The notes under the pieces: model-generated
The model's database searches: none
Told to the model about the DNA's origin: nothing
The model's input: only the letters and a program-made list of their open reading frames with translations
Part shown: in pieces, positions 22,922 through 34,095 of the stretch
Position numbering within the stretch: position 1 is the stretch's first letter
Layout: the number at the start of each line of letters is the position of its first letter
Assembly: GCA_026936335.1 (NCBI GenBank)
Contig: JAPMXV010000016.1
Location: 252,695-316,694, forward strand
Direction: 5' to 3'
Source: Mantamonas sphyraenae STR306
Taxonomy: Eukaryota; Protista; CRuMs
Length of the DNA: 64,000 nt
Translations under genes and position numbers: made by a program

Positions 22922-24088
22922 ATGATTGTCGCTGCGTTGAAGGCTGTGCTGGTGACAGCGATTCTGGCTGTCGTGTCTTTGGTGCTTGTGGTGGATACGG
23001 TGTCGTGGATGACGATGCACACTGATTTTTACGTGGGCTCAAATGTGGCGCGTGAGGAGCTTCCGTTCAAGCCGCTGAACTCAAACACGGCACTGGCCAA
23101 AGGGTTCACGTACGACGACACGCCGGAGCACGTGTGGGGTATTCCGTACGAAAATGTGACATTCTTCCGTGGCGAGATACCGCTTCGAGGGTGGCTGGTG
23201 AGCGCAAACGCGTTCAAGGAAGACGCGAACGGATACCGACCGAAACCGGGGGTAATCGGCGTGCACGGGGCAGCTGTGGACCGGCGTGAGTTTCTGCGTC
23301 ATGTGCGCTGGCTGCACGAGGCAGGATACGAGGTGCTGATGTTTGACTGCTCGGAACACGGCAAGTCGGGCGGGACGGAAGCTGGCACGACATTGGGCAT
23401 GCGGGAGCACCTTGACGTGCAGGCGGCGATCAAGTATGCCAAGTTTGAGCTGGAGTGGACGTCGGTGATTACATTTGGGGTGTCGCAAGGGGCGTCGAGC
23501 TCGCTGTTGGCGGCGGCGAACAACAGCGTTGTGGACGCAGTAATTGCCGAGGCGCCGTTCACAAGTCGGTCGATGGTGCTGCGGGAAGCATATCGCAATG
23601 TGGTGGGCGGTGACAACTCGCTGGTGTCAAGCGAAGACATGACGGTGAAGTTCCTGCGGCGAGTTGGACAATCGGTGCCGGACTGGCTGCTGGATGAAAT
23701 GGCACAGCTGTCTCTGTGGCGCATGCATTGGTCAACGATGGGTCATCGTCACTGGTTGAGTGTGCTGCCCTCGCTTGCGTCTCGGTGGTTGCAACTGAAG
23801 ATCACGCAAAAGGGAGGCTGGGGTGACGAGAAGTTGTTCCGATTGCCCGACGAGGTGATTGAGCATGTGCGCTGGCTGAAACCAAAGTTGCCTTTACTGG
23901 TGATTCACTCGCGTACAGACGTGATTGTGGCACCGCAGCACACGGAGGAGCTGCAAAAGGTGAGGCCGGACAACACGCATGTGTGGTGGCTGCGAAACGG
24001 GTTTCATGGAGGTGCCATCAATGTGGTGGGCGAGAAGCTGTTCTCAGACACAGTGCTTCTGTGGCTGCAAAAGAATCTGAAGCGGTGA
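22922..24088 (+). CDS. Membrane-anchored alpha/beta hydrolase
   Basis: N-terminal signal anchor, LRGW, GVHG, FD..EHGKS, nucleophile elbow GVSQG, Asp (RTDVIV) and His (GFHG). An alternative start exists at 22865. Confidence 0.9.
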   Translation: MIVAALKAVLVTAILAVVSLVLVVDTVSWMTMHTDFYVGSNVAREELPFKPLNSNTALAKGFTYDDTPEHVWGIPYENVTFFRGEIPLRGWLVSANAFKEDANGYRPKPGVIGVHGAAVDRREFLRHVRWLHEAGYEVLMFDCSEHGKSGGTEAGTTLGMREHLDVQAAIKYAKFELEWTSVITFGVSQGASSSLLAAANNSVVDAVIAEAPFTSRSMVLREAYRNVVGGDNSLVSSEDMTVKFLRRVGQSVPDWLLDEMAQLSLWRMHWSTMGHRHWLSVLPSLASRWLQLKITQKGGWGDEKLFRLPDEVIEHVRWLKPKLPLLVIHSRTDVIVAPQHTEELQKVRPDNTHVWWLRNGFHGGAINVVGEKLFSDTVLLWLQKNLKR

Positions 24089-24118
24089 GCGCGAAGGGCT
24101 GGACAAAGAAAAGCCGAG

Positions 24119-27087
24119 ATGTCGTTCCTCTCCTTCTTCACGCATCCAGACAACCGTGGCTCGGGCTCGATGAGCAACGAGGACAGCATGGACGACCGTG
24201 AAGGGGGCAATGCGCTGATCAATGTGTACAAGGATGGCTTAAGTGTGAACCCGGACACGGACGAGTTTCGGGAACACTGGCAAGCGTGCCTAGACACCAT
24301 GGAGGAGCCGTACATGCCGTTGGGCAATGGTCTCATGCACCTGGACTATGACATTGTAGACTCCATCCTGCTGGAGGCACGAGACGAGTTTGCGTGCGTT
24401 GCGAGAGCGAGAAGTGCGGCCGTGACGTCGCAAAATGACGCCCCTTTTGTCTCTTGGGACGGCGGGCGGAAGCACTGGGCAGACACACATGTCGATGGGC
24501 GACTGACACACAGCTTTGTCGATGCACACGGCATGAAATGGCATACGCACGGGTGCCATGCTCTCACAGGGACTCATTTGAAAGCGAATTTTCGGAGGAC
24601 ACAGTGCTGGTGGACCGAAAAGTGCCGCGGTTGCGGGTGGTCATTTTGATTGTGGGCACGCGAGGCGACGTGCAGCCGTACGTGGCGCTGGCGAAACGGA
24701 TGCAATCGGACCACGGGCATCACGTGCGCATTGCAGCGCACGAGTGCTTCCGTGACTTTGTGAGCGACAACGGGGTGGAGTTTTTCCCGCTGGCTGGGGA
24801 TCCGAAAGATCTGATGCAGCTGTGCGTGGACAACGGCATGTTTACGGTGTCGTTCATCAAGGAAGGAGTGGAACGGTTTCGCGGGTTTGTGGCAGACCTG
24901 CTGCAGACGTGCTGGGATGCGTGCACGGTGCCGTCGATAGACCCACGCGTGAGCAAAGGCAAGGGCCGGGACGAGGTGACGGCGCACGACTTGTGGTACC
25001 GGCCGGACGCGATCATCTCGAACCCGCCTGCGATGGGACACATCCACGTGGCCGAGAAACTGTGTGTGCCCTTGCACATGTCGTTCACCATGCCGTGGAG
25101 CCCGACCAAGGCTGTGCCAAGTCCCATGTTTGCCCTGGGCGACCCTGGACGCGAGAGCCTCACCAACTACTCGTCGTACCTTGCGCTGGAGGCCATGATG
25201 TGGCAGGGAATCCAGGATTTGGTGAACGACTGGCGTTACGACGTGCTGGGCCTGCCGAGGCTGAAACTGGCCAATGGTGGGCGAACGCTGATCCACCAGA
25301 AGCGCGTGCCGCACATGTACTGTTTCAGCACAGAATTGCTGCCGAAACCCAAGGATTGGGGCTCGCACATCGACGTGTGCGGCTTCTGGTTCCTGGATGC
25401 GGCGGCGGACTACGAGCCGCCCGAAGACCTGATGGCCTTTTTGGAGGCCGGAGAGGCGCCGATCTACGTTGGCTTTGGCTCCGTGACAGTGCCCAACCCG
25501 GACAAAATCACACAAATCATCTTTGAGGCCCTGGAACGGTCGGGCCGACGAGGGATTGTGTCGCAGGGATGGGCAGGGATGGGCAACGAGGAAGCACCAG
25601 ACAACGTGTACCTGATTGGCAACTGTCCGCACGACTGGCTGTTTCAACACTGTTCGGCCGTGTGCCACCATGGAGGGGCAGGGACGACGGCAGCGGGCCT
25701 GCGTGCAGGCGTGCCCACAGTGGTCGTGCCCTGGTTTGGCGATCAGTTTTTCTGGGGCTCGCAGATCCAGGAACGAGGGATTGGAGCGTGCATCCCGGGC
25801 GAAGAACTCAGTGCAGACAAACTGACCGAGGCGTTTGTGCTGACGGCAGATGCAGACGTGAGGAGCAGGGCGTTGAGCGCGGGAGACGGGATTCGCAACG
25901 AGGACGGCGTGGCGCGGGGCATCGAGAGCTTCCACAGGCAGTTGCCTCTGGAGAACATGCTTTGTGACATTGACAGCGAACGGTTGGCCACGGTATACTG
26001 TGCACAGTGCAAGTTGAAGATGAATCCGCAGTCCGATTTGATTGTGCACCAGCACTTTGTCGGTTTCAAGCACCACCAGCGCTACCAGTACAAACACGCA
26101 GACTGGTCTGTGACCATTGGCAACGACGCAAGCGGAGATGCAGCGAGTGGCCTGGTGGATGGTCTGGTGGTGGTTGGACAGGACCACGTGCAGGGCGTGG
26201 CAGGGTTGTTTACAAAGCCGTGGAAGGGGGGACAGCAGGAAGGGTTCAAGGGGCCCTCAAGGGATTGGGCGAAGGTGTGGTGGGGTTTGTATCTGCACCG
26301 GGAGAAGGCGTAGAAGATCTGTTCAAGACTTGGGGCAGCGGGTTTTCGCAACACCACGGCGACTCTGTTTGACAACGACGAGGACAACGACGTGCAAACA
26401 GGCGGTCGAGGTTCATCGTCCTCATCATCGTCATCTTCGTCTTCGTCTTCCTCGTCGGGTGGATCGGGTGGATCTACAGGAATTGCATTCTCCGGGGTGT
26501 CGGACAAGGCTACGGTTGTGCCTGCGCGCAAAGAGGACATGCGGGCGTTGAAGTCCAAGTTTGGCGACGAGTTTACAGAGGGTTTGGCGGGACTAGGCAA
26601 AGGGGTGTACGAGGGGCTGACGGGGCTGGTAATCCACCCGTACGAAGGACTGCGTGCAAACGGGATCAAGGGACTGGGCGTTGGCCTGGGCAAAGCGGTG
26701 GTGGACCTGCCGTCCAAGCCTGTGGCAGGGTTGCTGCAGTTTGCAGGCGGCGTGATGGGCGAGTTTAACAAGGTGCCATCGCATCTGATGGCGCTGTACG
26801 ACGAGCAGCCGGAGTTGGTGGAAGACATGATCTCTGCCGGGGTGGACGGGATCTCGTTGTACACAGGACTTGATGTGGGAGGCAACCACGACGAGGAGCA
26901 GGACAAGTATGTGCGGATGACATTGCGCCGCTTTGCTCGTATTGTTCACCAGCGCAACGGGACGGTACAGCGCACGCTGGAAAGCCTGTCCACGCTTACG
27001 GTGACGGAGAAGGACGAAAAGATGGCAGATGAGGACGAGCTGACGCTGACGGGAAGCGAAATCTTTGAGAGCAAGGGCAAGGAGTGA
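24119..27087 (+). CDS. Sterol 3-beta-glucosyltransferase (UGT80/UGT51-like, GT1)
   Basis: Intron 24394-24569 joins the 24119 ORF to IVGTRGDVQPYVALA..TMPWSPT..HHGGAGTTAAGLRAG..PWFGDQFFWG. The C-terminal Gly-rich region is interrupted by a -1 (~26251) / +1 (~26345) indel pair. Confidence 0.9.
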
Positions 27088-27108
27088 AGCGGTGCGCCAA
27101 GAGAAGCA

Positions 27109-28644
27109 ATGAAAACGGGATCGATTTCGGTGCGAACACGGTCGACGCGGCGGCGGAGGCGCAAATGGCTGGTGGTAGAGGAGGAGGAGGAGGAAGAAGA
27201 GAAGGAATTGGCGTTTGTGATGCATGCAGATGGAGAGGGGGAGGATGCATACGTGGGCTGCTCATCGTCGAGAAGCGTGCAGGTAAAGAGGGAGGAGGCG
27301 AGTTTGCTCGAATTGGTGTCCCGGAATCCTGACACGGCGCGGGGTGGAATCAGGCGGATGGGGAAGTGCACCAAGCACTGATGGAGCTGCGCAGAGAGGT
27401 GGATGAAGAGTTGATGTGCTGGGATGCAGAGGACGCGGACCGGAAACTGGTGTCGTGGAGCAGGAAGGAAGAGTCGGATGAGAGTGGAGAGCAGGAGGTG
27501 GTTTACTTGGAGGTGGAGGAGGTGCCGAGTGAAGAGGCGGCACGTAGGCTGGAGCGGGCGTGCGAAGATCTGGCAGAAGTGTGTGTGGCTGAGGGAAGGC
27601 AGGTGAGTGTGGCGATCGCAGAGACGACGGTGGTGTTCCACGAGCAGCATCGACGGTACATGGAGGCTGTGGAAGACGGAGAAGGACATTTGCTGCGGCG
27701 TGGGAAGCGTGTGCGGTCGATGCTGTGCGTGGCGGAGCGGTTGCTGGAATGTGTGGAGAAGAACATGGTGACGAGCCTGCGAGACGTGTACTATCAAGAC
27801 CCAAAAGTGCACGGGAGCTATCAGTACTGTGCCTCGCGTGTGGATGACGTGGCGCGGTTGACACGTACGAGCCCGTTGAGTTTGCATGTGATCAGCAGCG
27901 GCAAGGGAATGGTGGCCGGGCCGATCTCGTACGTCAACGAGTGTGGCCAAAGGGTGGACTGCACCGAGCACGGAGTGGAGGGATTGGCCATCCCGGGGAT
28001 CCTAGACAACATCAGCAGGGTGGAGTGCAGTGCGGACGCGGTGTTGGTGGTGGAAAAGCATGCAGTGTTCTTGCAGCGTAAGTTTGTCTGTACGGATGAC
28101 GGGAATGGGTGTGAATGGACCATGCTGACACGCATGGGCGCATACAGTCTTGCAAGAGCATGCGTGTACGCTGTTCAACGTGGTACTGGTGACGGGCAGG
28201 GGATATGCAGACATGTGCACGCGGAGGTTTGTGCACTTTCTGCACAACGATGTGCAGCTGCCTGTGCTTGCATTGGTGGACGGCGATCCGCACGGCGTGG
28301 ACATCCTTCTGACGTATGCGTTTGGATCGCAGCGCAAAGCATACGACGCACAACACCTGGCAGTGCCAAGTATGCGGTGGATCGGAGTGACTGCGCGTGA
28401 TGTGGACGAGTACGGGTTGCGGGACAGGGTCAAGATGGAGCTGACGAGTCAGGATGTGCGCAAGGCTCAAACGCTACTGGAACGAGAAGGCTGGACGTGG
28501 ATGAGGCCTACTTGGGCGCAGGAGCTGCGTCTGATGGTGGAGAACGACTGCAAGGTGGAGATCGAAGCGTTGGATTCGGTGGATCGTGGCTTTCTGGTCC
28601 ACCAGTACCTGTGGAGCAAGTTGCGAGACTGTTTGTGGCTATGA
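27109..28644 (+). CDS. SPO11: Meiotic recombination protein SPO11
   Basis: Catalytic RDVYY, SGKGMVAG, and TOPRIM motifs VEK, TGRGYAD, LVDGDPHG, KVEIEAL. Intron 28078-28147 (GTAAGT..CAG). Probable first intron 27283-27353. Start uncertain. Confidence 0.92.
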
Positions 28645-28652
28645 TTGATTGA

Positions 28653-30278
28653 TTAAAGCGTGTGGTTGTCCATCAGCGAGGCGTCGATGAGTTTGCTGCC
28701 GACGTCTTCGCGGCCGACGTGGCGAAGCCTCTTCTCGCAGTCGCGCATGAGCTTTGCCTGCAGCTCGACATCGTCCAAATCCATGCGTGTGTCTGTGTAC
28801 TCGACACGTGGCACCTTTTTGCGGTTGATATGCCTTTGCCTTTCCTTTGCGTCACCGCGATCACGCTGGGCCTGCTTGCGGACGGCCCAAGGTTCGCCCA
28901 GACGCAGACTGGTCTCAAAGTTGCTCTCGCGCACACGACGCCTGCGGCGCAGTTCCATTTGGCGCTTTTCTTGCAGCTCATCCCAATGCTGCTTCTCCTC
29001 CTTGAGCTTGCGCTCCATGACGCGCTTTTCGTAGGCAGCGTGTAGGCGCTCGCGTCTGCGGGTGGTACGCTGCTCGACGTGGGAGGAAACTGCCATGTCA
29101 AAGGCATGTGTCTTGTTGCCCAGGGGCTGAGAGGGCTTGCCGGCGCCGCGAAAGTCGTGCTCGTGCTTGGCACGGCGAAGGCGTGGTGTGCGTTCGTTGA
29201 AAAACACGGGGTCGAGGAGGGAGAAGCGCATGACCTGGGCCTCGTCACGCGCAGGGGCTTTCTTCTTGGAGGTGCGCACGGGCTTGAGAGAGCGCACGTC
29301 GACAGAAGCAGTGTGGGAGACGAGAGAGGAGGAGGGCATTGTTGTGCGGTTGGGCACCTTTTGGGTCCATGGCTGGCGGACGACACCGTTGGCTGTGCGC
29401 GAGACACGTGTGCTATGAGGTTGGTCTTGTGATGAGTGACCACGGGTGCCACTGCTTGTGGCGGCGCGTCCGGCGGCGCCTGGTTTCTTGGCGGCAGGGG
29501 AGACGAGGCGAACCTTGTCGCGGGAGGAATTGTACAATTTGGAGGTGCGGGGGCGGCGCAAGATGTCGTAGTAGTCGAGAGAGCTGGGCACGCGGACTTG
29601 CACGTGATCGCCTGGCTTGCGGGAGGTTTGCGAGCCGCTGCGTGTGCTCCAGCTGCTTTGCTGGGACATTCTGCTTGCGCCTCGCGCTTGCATGGTGCGC
29701 ATGGTGGCCCGTTCGCCCGTGAGTTGACCGTCTTCCCAGTCTCTGTCTGCCTCGTCGGCGAGGTCTTTCATGCGCATGCCGTGTTGATGCTCAAAGTCGT
29801 CGAGTTCTGCGGAGGAAGCCGTTTGTCCGCGGGATGTGTTAGGTTGGTTCGCATGCATGCCGTGTGTGCTGCGCGAGAGACAATGCTGTGTGTGTGTGTG
29901 TATTCGCGTTGTGACAAGCACGGGGATACTGGGCATGTGTGTGCGGCGTAGGCAACGCGTTTGAGAACGGGGGTCCCAACGTACCTTTCATGACGGTGCG
30001 AGCTTCTTGCTGTTGTTCGCTCTGCAGACGTGCACGCACCGCTTCCTTGATGGCGCGCTCCTCCTCGCGGTGGAGCCAGTCTCCAGGACGCCAGGTGATG
30101 GACCGCGAGAGTTCGTGGCCTGTGTGTGGTGAGGGGGAGAAGGCGGTTGCAGGGTTAGGGCTGTAGTCCACTCCCGTTTAGGCTGGGCATGGGGCGGCAG
30201 CACCTATATACATGTGCACACGAGTGTTCAAGTGAGACAGAGGGCACACGTACGAATTTTGTCGTCCAGGCGACTCAT
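28653..30278 (-). CDS. Hypothetical basic/coiled-coil protein, multi-exon
   Basis: 427-aa ORF with an R/E-rich coiled-coil C-terminus. Probable upstream exons MSRLDDKI|RHELSRSITWRPGDWLHREEE (GTACGT donors). The second splice junction is ambiguous. Confidence 0.55.
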
Positions 30279-30321
30279 GTGGCCGTGCTGGATGGAGTTG
30301 CGCAGGCTGGCGCAAGCGTAG

Positions 30322-33298
30322 ATGAAGGGCCTGTACAACTTGGCACTGTCTGCAGTGGTGGACTCGCTGTGCGAGTGGAAGCCGCTGCAGGAGTGCAACG
30401 AAAGCGATGGAGAAGAGGCAGGCATGGTGCTGCTTCCGCATGAAATCGTGCAAGACCTGTTCCGTGCGTTGATGTTGACGAGCAACCTGACGCAGTTTAC
30501 GCTGCAGAACTTGTTTTTCGCCACACAAGGGTGGCAGGCGCTTAGCCTGGCGTGTGTTTCTCCCATGGTCAACGATGATTGGTTGGACATGCTGGCAAAG
30601 GTGACCACGCGTGTGTGGTGTGTGCAGAACGGCCGCCTGGTGCTGCCTCTTGCCAATGACGAACAGCGACAGCTGGTGGGCCAGCTGGCGTTGCCCAATG
30701 CCTTTATTTACGACGGCGCTACCAATGCGCTTGTTTCTTTGGACTTGTCGCGCTGCGCATCGATCACAGCGTCGGGCGCCCGCTTTCTCGGAGGTGAGTG
30801 TTTGCGTGGGATTTCCCAGCGGGTTTGACTTGCACGGTTTGCTGGCCCTCTCAGCGCCTGGGACATGGTTTCGACACGGTGGCATCCGTCACACGATGAC
30901 CAATGGATGTTCCAAGGCCAGCATCAGGTCCCGGTGTTGCGTGCAGTGCCTGTGTGGCAGTGTCCGTGAAGGGAGGAATGTGTGCTTCGTTGTGAGCGGC
31001 GAATTCGCGCATCCCCGAATTCCTCTCTGGGCTTCACCGGAGGTGGTGAAGGTCCGGCGAACAGCGCGGTGGGCTTTGTGCAAAAAGCGCCCTGACACAG
31101 TTGCACCCGCAGAGATGTCGAGTTTGTGTGAGCTGAATTTGACGGACTGTATCAACATCAGCGACAAGGCGGTGAGCGCACTGAGCTCTCTGACGTGCCT
31201 GGACACACTGAGTTTGTCAGGGACGGGGATTACAAACGCATGCATGGGCGAGCTGGCGCGTATGGACTCGCTGACTGATCTGGACGTGTCAAACAATTAC
31301 AGGCTGAGCGACCGCGGGCTGGAACAGCTTGTGCAGCTGGACGGACTGCTTTCGTTGAACATGAACAGCACACGGATCACAGACGCAGGTTTGGTGCAGT
31401 TTACGCAACTGACGCAGCTCAAGTCGCTGCACGTGTCATGCACACGGGTGACGAGTTTGTCGATGCAGCCGCTGCTGGCCGCCTTGACGAATCTGGGAGC
31501 CATCTCGTTGTTTGAAACCAAGGTGAGCGACGTGTTTATGTCCGAGTTGAAGGATGCGCACCAAGACGATGCGTTTCTGATTGTGGGCTACGGAGGCGTG
31601 TCGGAACTGCTGCGCTCTTTGCAGACGAAAGAAGACATCCCGCGATTCAAGGAAAAGGTGATCCGTACACTGTGCAACCTGGTTCGCAGCCAAGACTTTG
31701 ACGTGGACTACCACGCGCTGATCATGGAACAAAATGGCATCCAGCACATCATGGACGCATTGCAGGACTACCCGTCGGAGGCAGCTCTGGTGGCGAGTGC
31801 TGCAGACACGCTGCGCTCACTGGCACAATCGCCAGAGGCGTTGCGTGTGATTTCGGAGCTGCAGGGCGTGCGTGCATTGCTGCACGCATCCATCCACTTT
31901 CCTGACGACTTGCGCCTGTTGCGAAAGGTCATGCATGCCATCTACCGCTTCCTCAACTCGGCCGACAGCCGCAACGAGTTTATGGAAGCCAATGGCATGT
32001 CGTTGGTACTGCGGCAATTGCGCAGGCATCCTGAGGACCGGAAGTTTGTGGAGCTGTCATTGGGAGTATTGCTGTGGATGAGCAAGCACGTGTACAGCGG
32101 GTACAGCAAGAGCGAACTGTTGTGTGGAGGTGGCCGTGCCCATCTGTACGCCGTCCCGCATCAGGTGTCGTTGGCTGTGCAGCAGCGGCTTCTGCCCGAG
32201 GTGCTTGCGCATCTGCGCACACACAATGACCCGAAAATCAGCCGGTTTGCAATCGACGTCATTGCATGGCTGACAATGCATCCAGCGAACGCAGCCTTGG
32301 TTGTGGACACGGGAGGGGTGGTGGAGCTGATGCAGTCGCTGCAGCGTGCTCAGGGCCAGCTTGCCCTCTTGCGCGATGTTCTGCTGGGTCTGTTCAACAT
32401 GGCCCGCGCAGACAAAGTGCGTGCGCAGATTGCAGAGCAGGGCGGTGTGTCCCTGTGTATGTCGGCTTTGCAAAGCCGAGCGCCCACCGTGTGCACAGCT
32501 GCGTTGGCGCTGCTGCGACGGCTGATGCTCAACGTGCACGTGCGAACGCAAGCCAGGCAGGATGCATTGCAGTTGTTGCAGTTCATGCTCAAGGTGGCTT
32601 TGCAGATGCCTGCGCTTGCAACGAGTGCAGGAAGGGTGATCTTCAACCTGGCGCTGAGTCGCGAATCGACGGTGCTGGGGGCGTTGGGACGCGTGCACGA
32701 TGGCATGCTGAGCGTTCCTGTGGAGCAGAGCATGCAAAAGGTGGACAGCCTGGACGGTTCCACGAGCGGAAGTGAAGAAAGGGGCACCGAGGGCGCCATG
32801 GTGACAGAGAACGACGACGGAGATGACTCGACGGACAGCACGCTGCTATGGCAAGTAGACCCGTCGCACATGCGCAGTCTGATGACACAGGACAGGCAAG
32901 CGCTGTCTGCAGGCATGGAGCAGCACTTTGAAGCGGTGTTTGAAAAGCATGCGAAAGGGACCACCAAAGGTGGCGATGGCCTCGTCTACGCCGAGTACTG
33001 CCGCGCAGCAGCTGAGTTGGACATGGATATTCCGGAGCGCAGTGATTTTGAGGCGCTACTGGACGAGCGTGCACGCAGGGCGAATGTGCAGCACATGGAC
33101 GCCAACACGTTCCTGTGGATCTGTAAACTGTGGGTGCTGTGCAATCCCGTGTGCGTGTGGCGCCATCTCAACGAACAGGGATGGGACCCGAGCGAGCAGG
33201 AACCGTTGCTGCAGACATGGACGGCGGACGATCTGCTGGACGATGACAGCGAGGCCGTGGACCACCACGGCTATATAGCATCCTTGAAGACCAGCTGA
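30322..33298 (+). CDS. LRR + armadillo-repeat protein with EF-hand-like C-terminus (ZYG11/ZER1-like architecture)
   Basis: LxxLxLxxCxxIT/SD repeats across intron 30794-31112, followed by ARM-like repeats (EQNGIQHI, EANGMSLV, DTGGVVEL, EQGGVSLC). Confidence 0.8.
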
Positions 33299-33312
33299 GC
33301 ATCACAGCGTCC

Positions 33313-33475
33313 ATGAACGACTCGGTGGACGTTGGCGTGCTGGAACCCCACGTCCCGGTACGGGGTTATTCGCTCAACCGGCTTCGCGAGAGCCAACTGC
33401 AGGAGGAGGAGGAGGGCACGCTGCTGTTTACGGATGACGACGACGAGCCTGTGTTTCGAGGGGCCTCCATGGCAA

Positions 33476-33519
<44 letters not shown>

Positions 33520-34020
33520 TCGCTGTCGTCGTCGAGGGATGGGTCGGCGTCGTCGTCGTCGGGTGGTGGGTTGTCCCGATCGCTTCTGACGACTGAATCG
33601 ATGTCTGTGGACGATGGAAGCATGCACAAAGACGGCTTTGTGATCCACAATGACCTCGCGGGCGGTTCTGGCGTATCGTCGCTGGCACAGCACAGGTCAC
33701 TTGCGCGGGAAACGCACTTTCTGCAAACGGCCACAGAGCCGTTGATGGGCGCTGGTGGAAGCATGAATCACGCGCAAAACAATGGGACAGGGAAACGATC
33801 TCTGCGCAACACATTATCCACCTCGCAGGCAGGCTTGCCTCGGCGTGAGCGGTCGTTGTCGCGCGAGCGTCCTCTCGCGCGCGACACAACCGCGTTGCAC
33901 ATGGCACACGCCGACTCGGGGGAAGATGATGAACAAGACGATGGACAAGACAACAACGATGATTCGGATGATGACTCGGATGAGGACGGGGGTGGGTTTT
34001 TGCTGCGACGAAGGACATGA
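33313..34020 (+). CDS. Hypothetical low-complexity Ser/Asp-rich protein (235 aa)
   Basis: ORF fills the gap between the LRR-ARM gene and DLAT, with poly-Ser and acidic tracts. Confidence 0.55.
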
Positions 34021-34095
34021 AGAGATGGTTGATGTGTTGGAAAAGCCGTTTGTTTCGTGATTGGATCTGTGATTGGTGATTGGGTGATGCGCTGC

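Noticed and set aside
24380-24575. Apparent frameshift at the UGT N-terminus
   Set aside because: Explained by canonical intron 24394-24569.
30151-30160. AGGGTTAGGG interstitial telomere-like sequence
   Set aside because: Under two units, and it coincides with a CTAAC branch point of a minus-strand intron.
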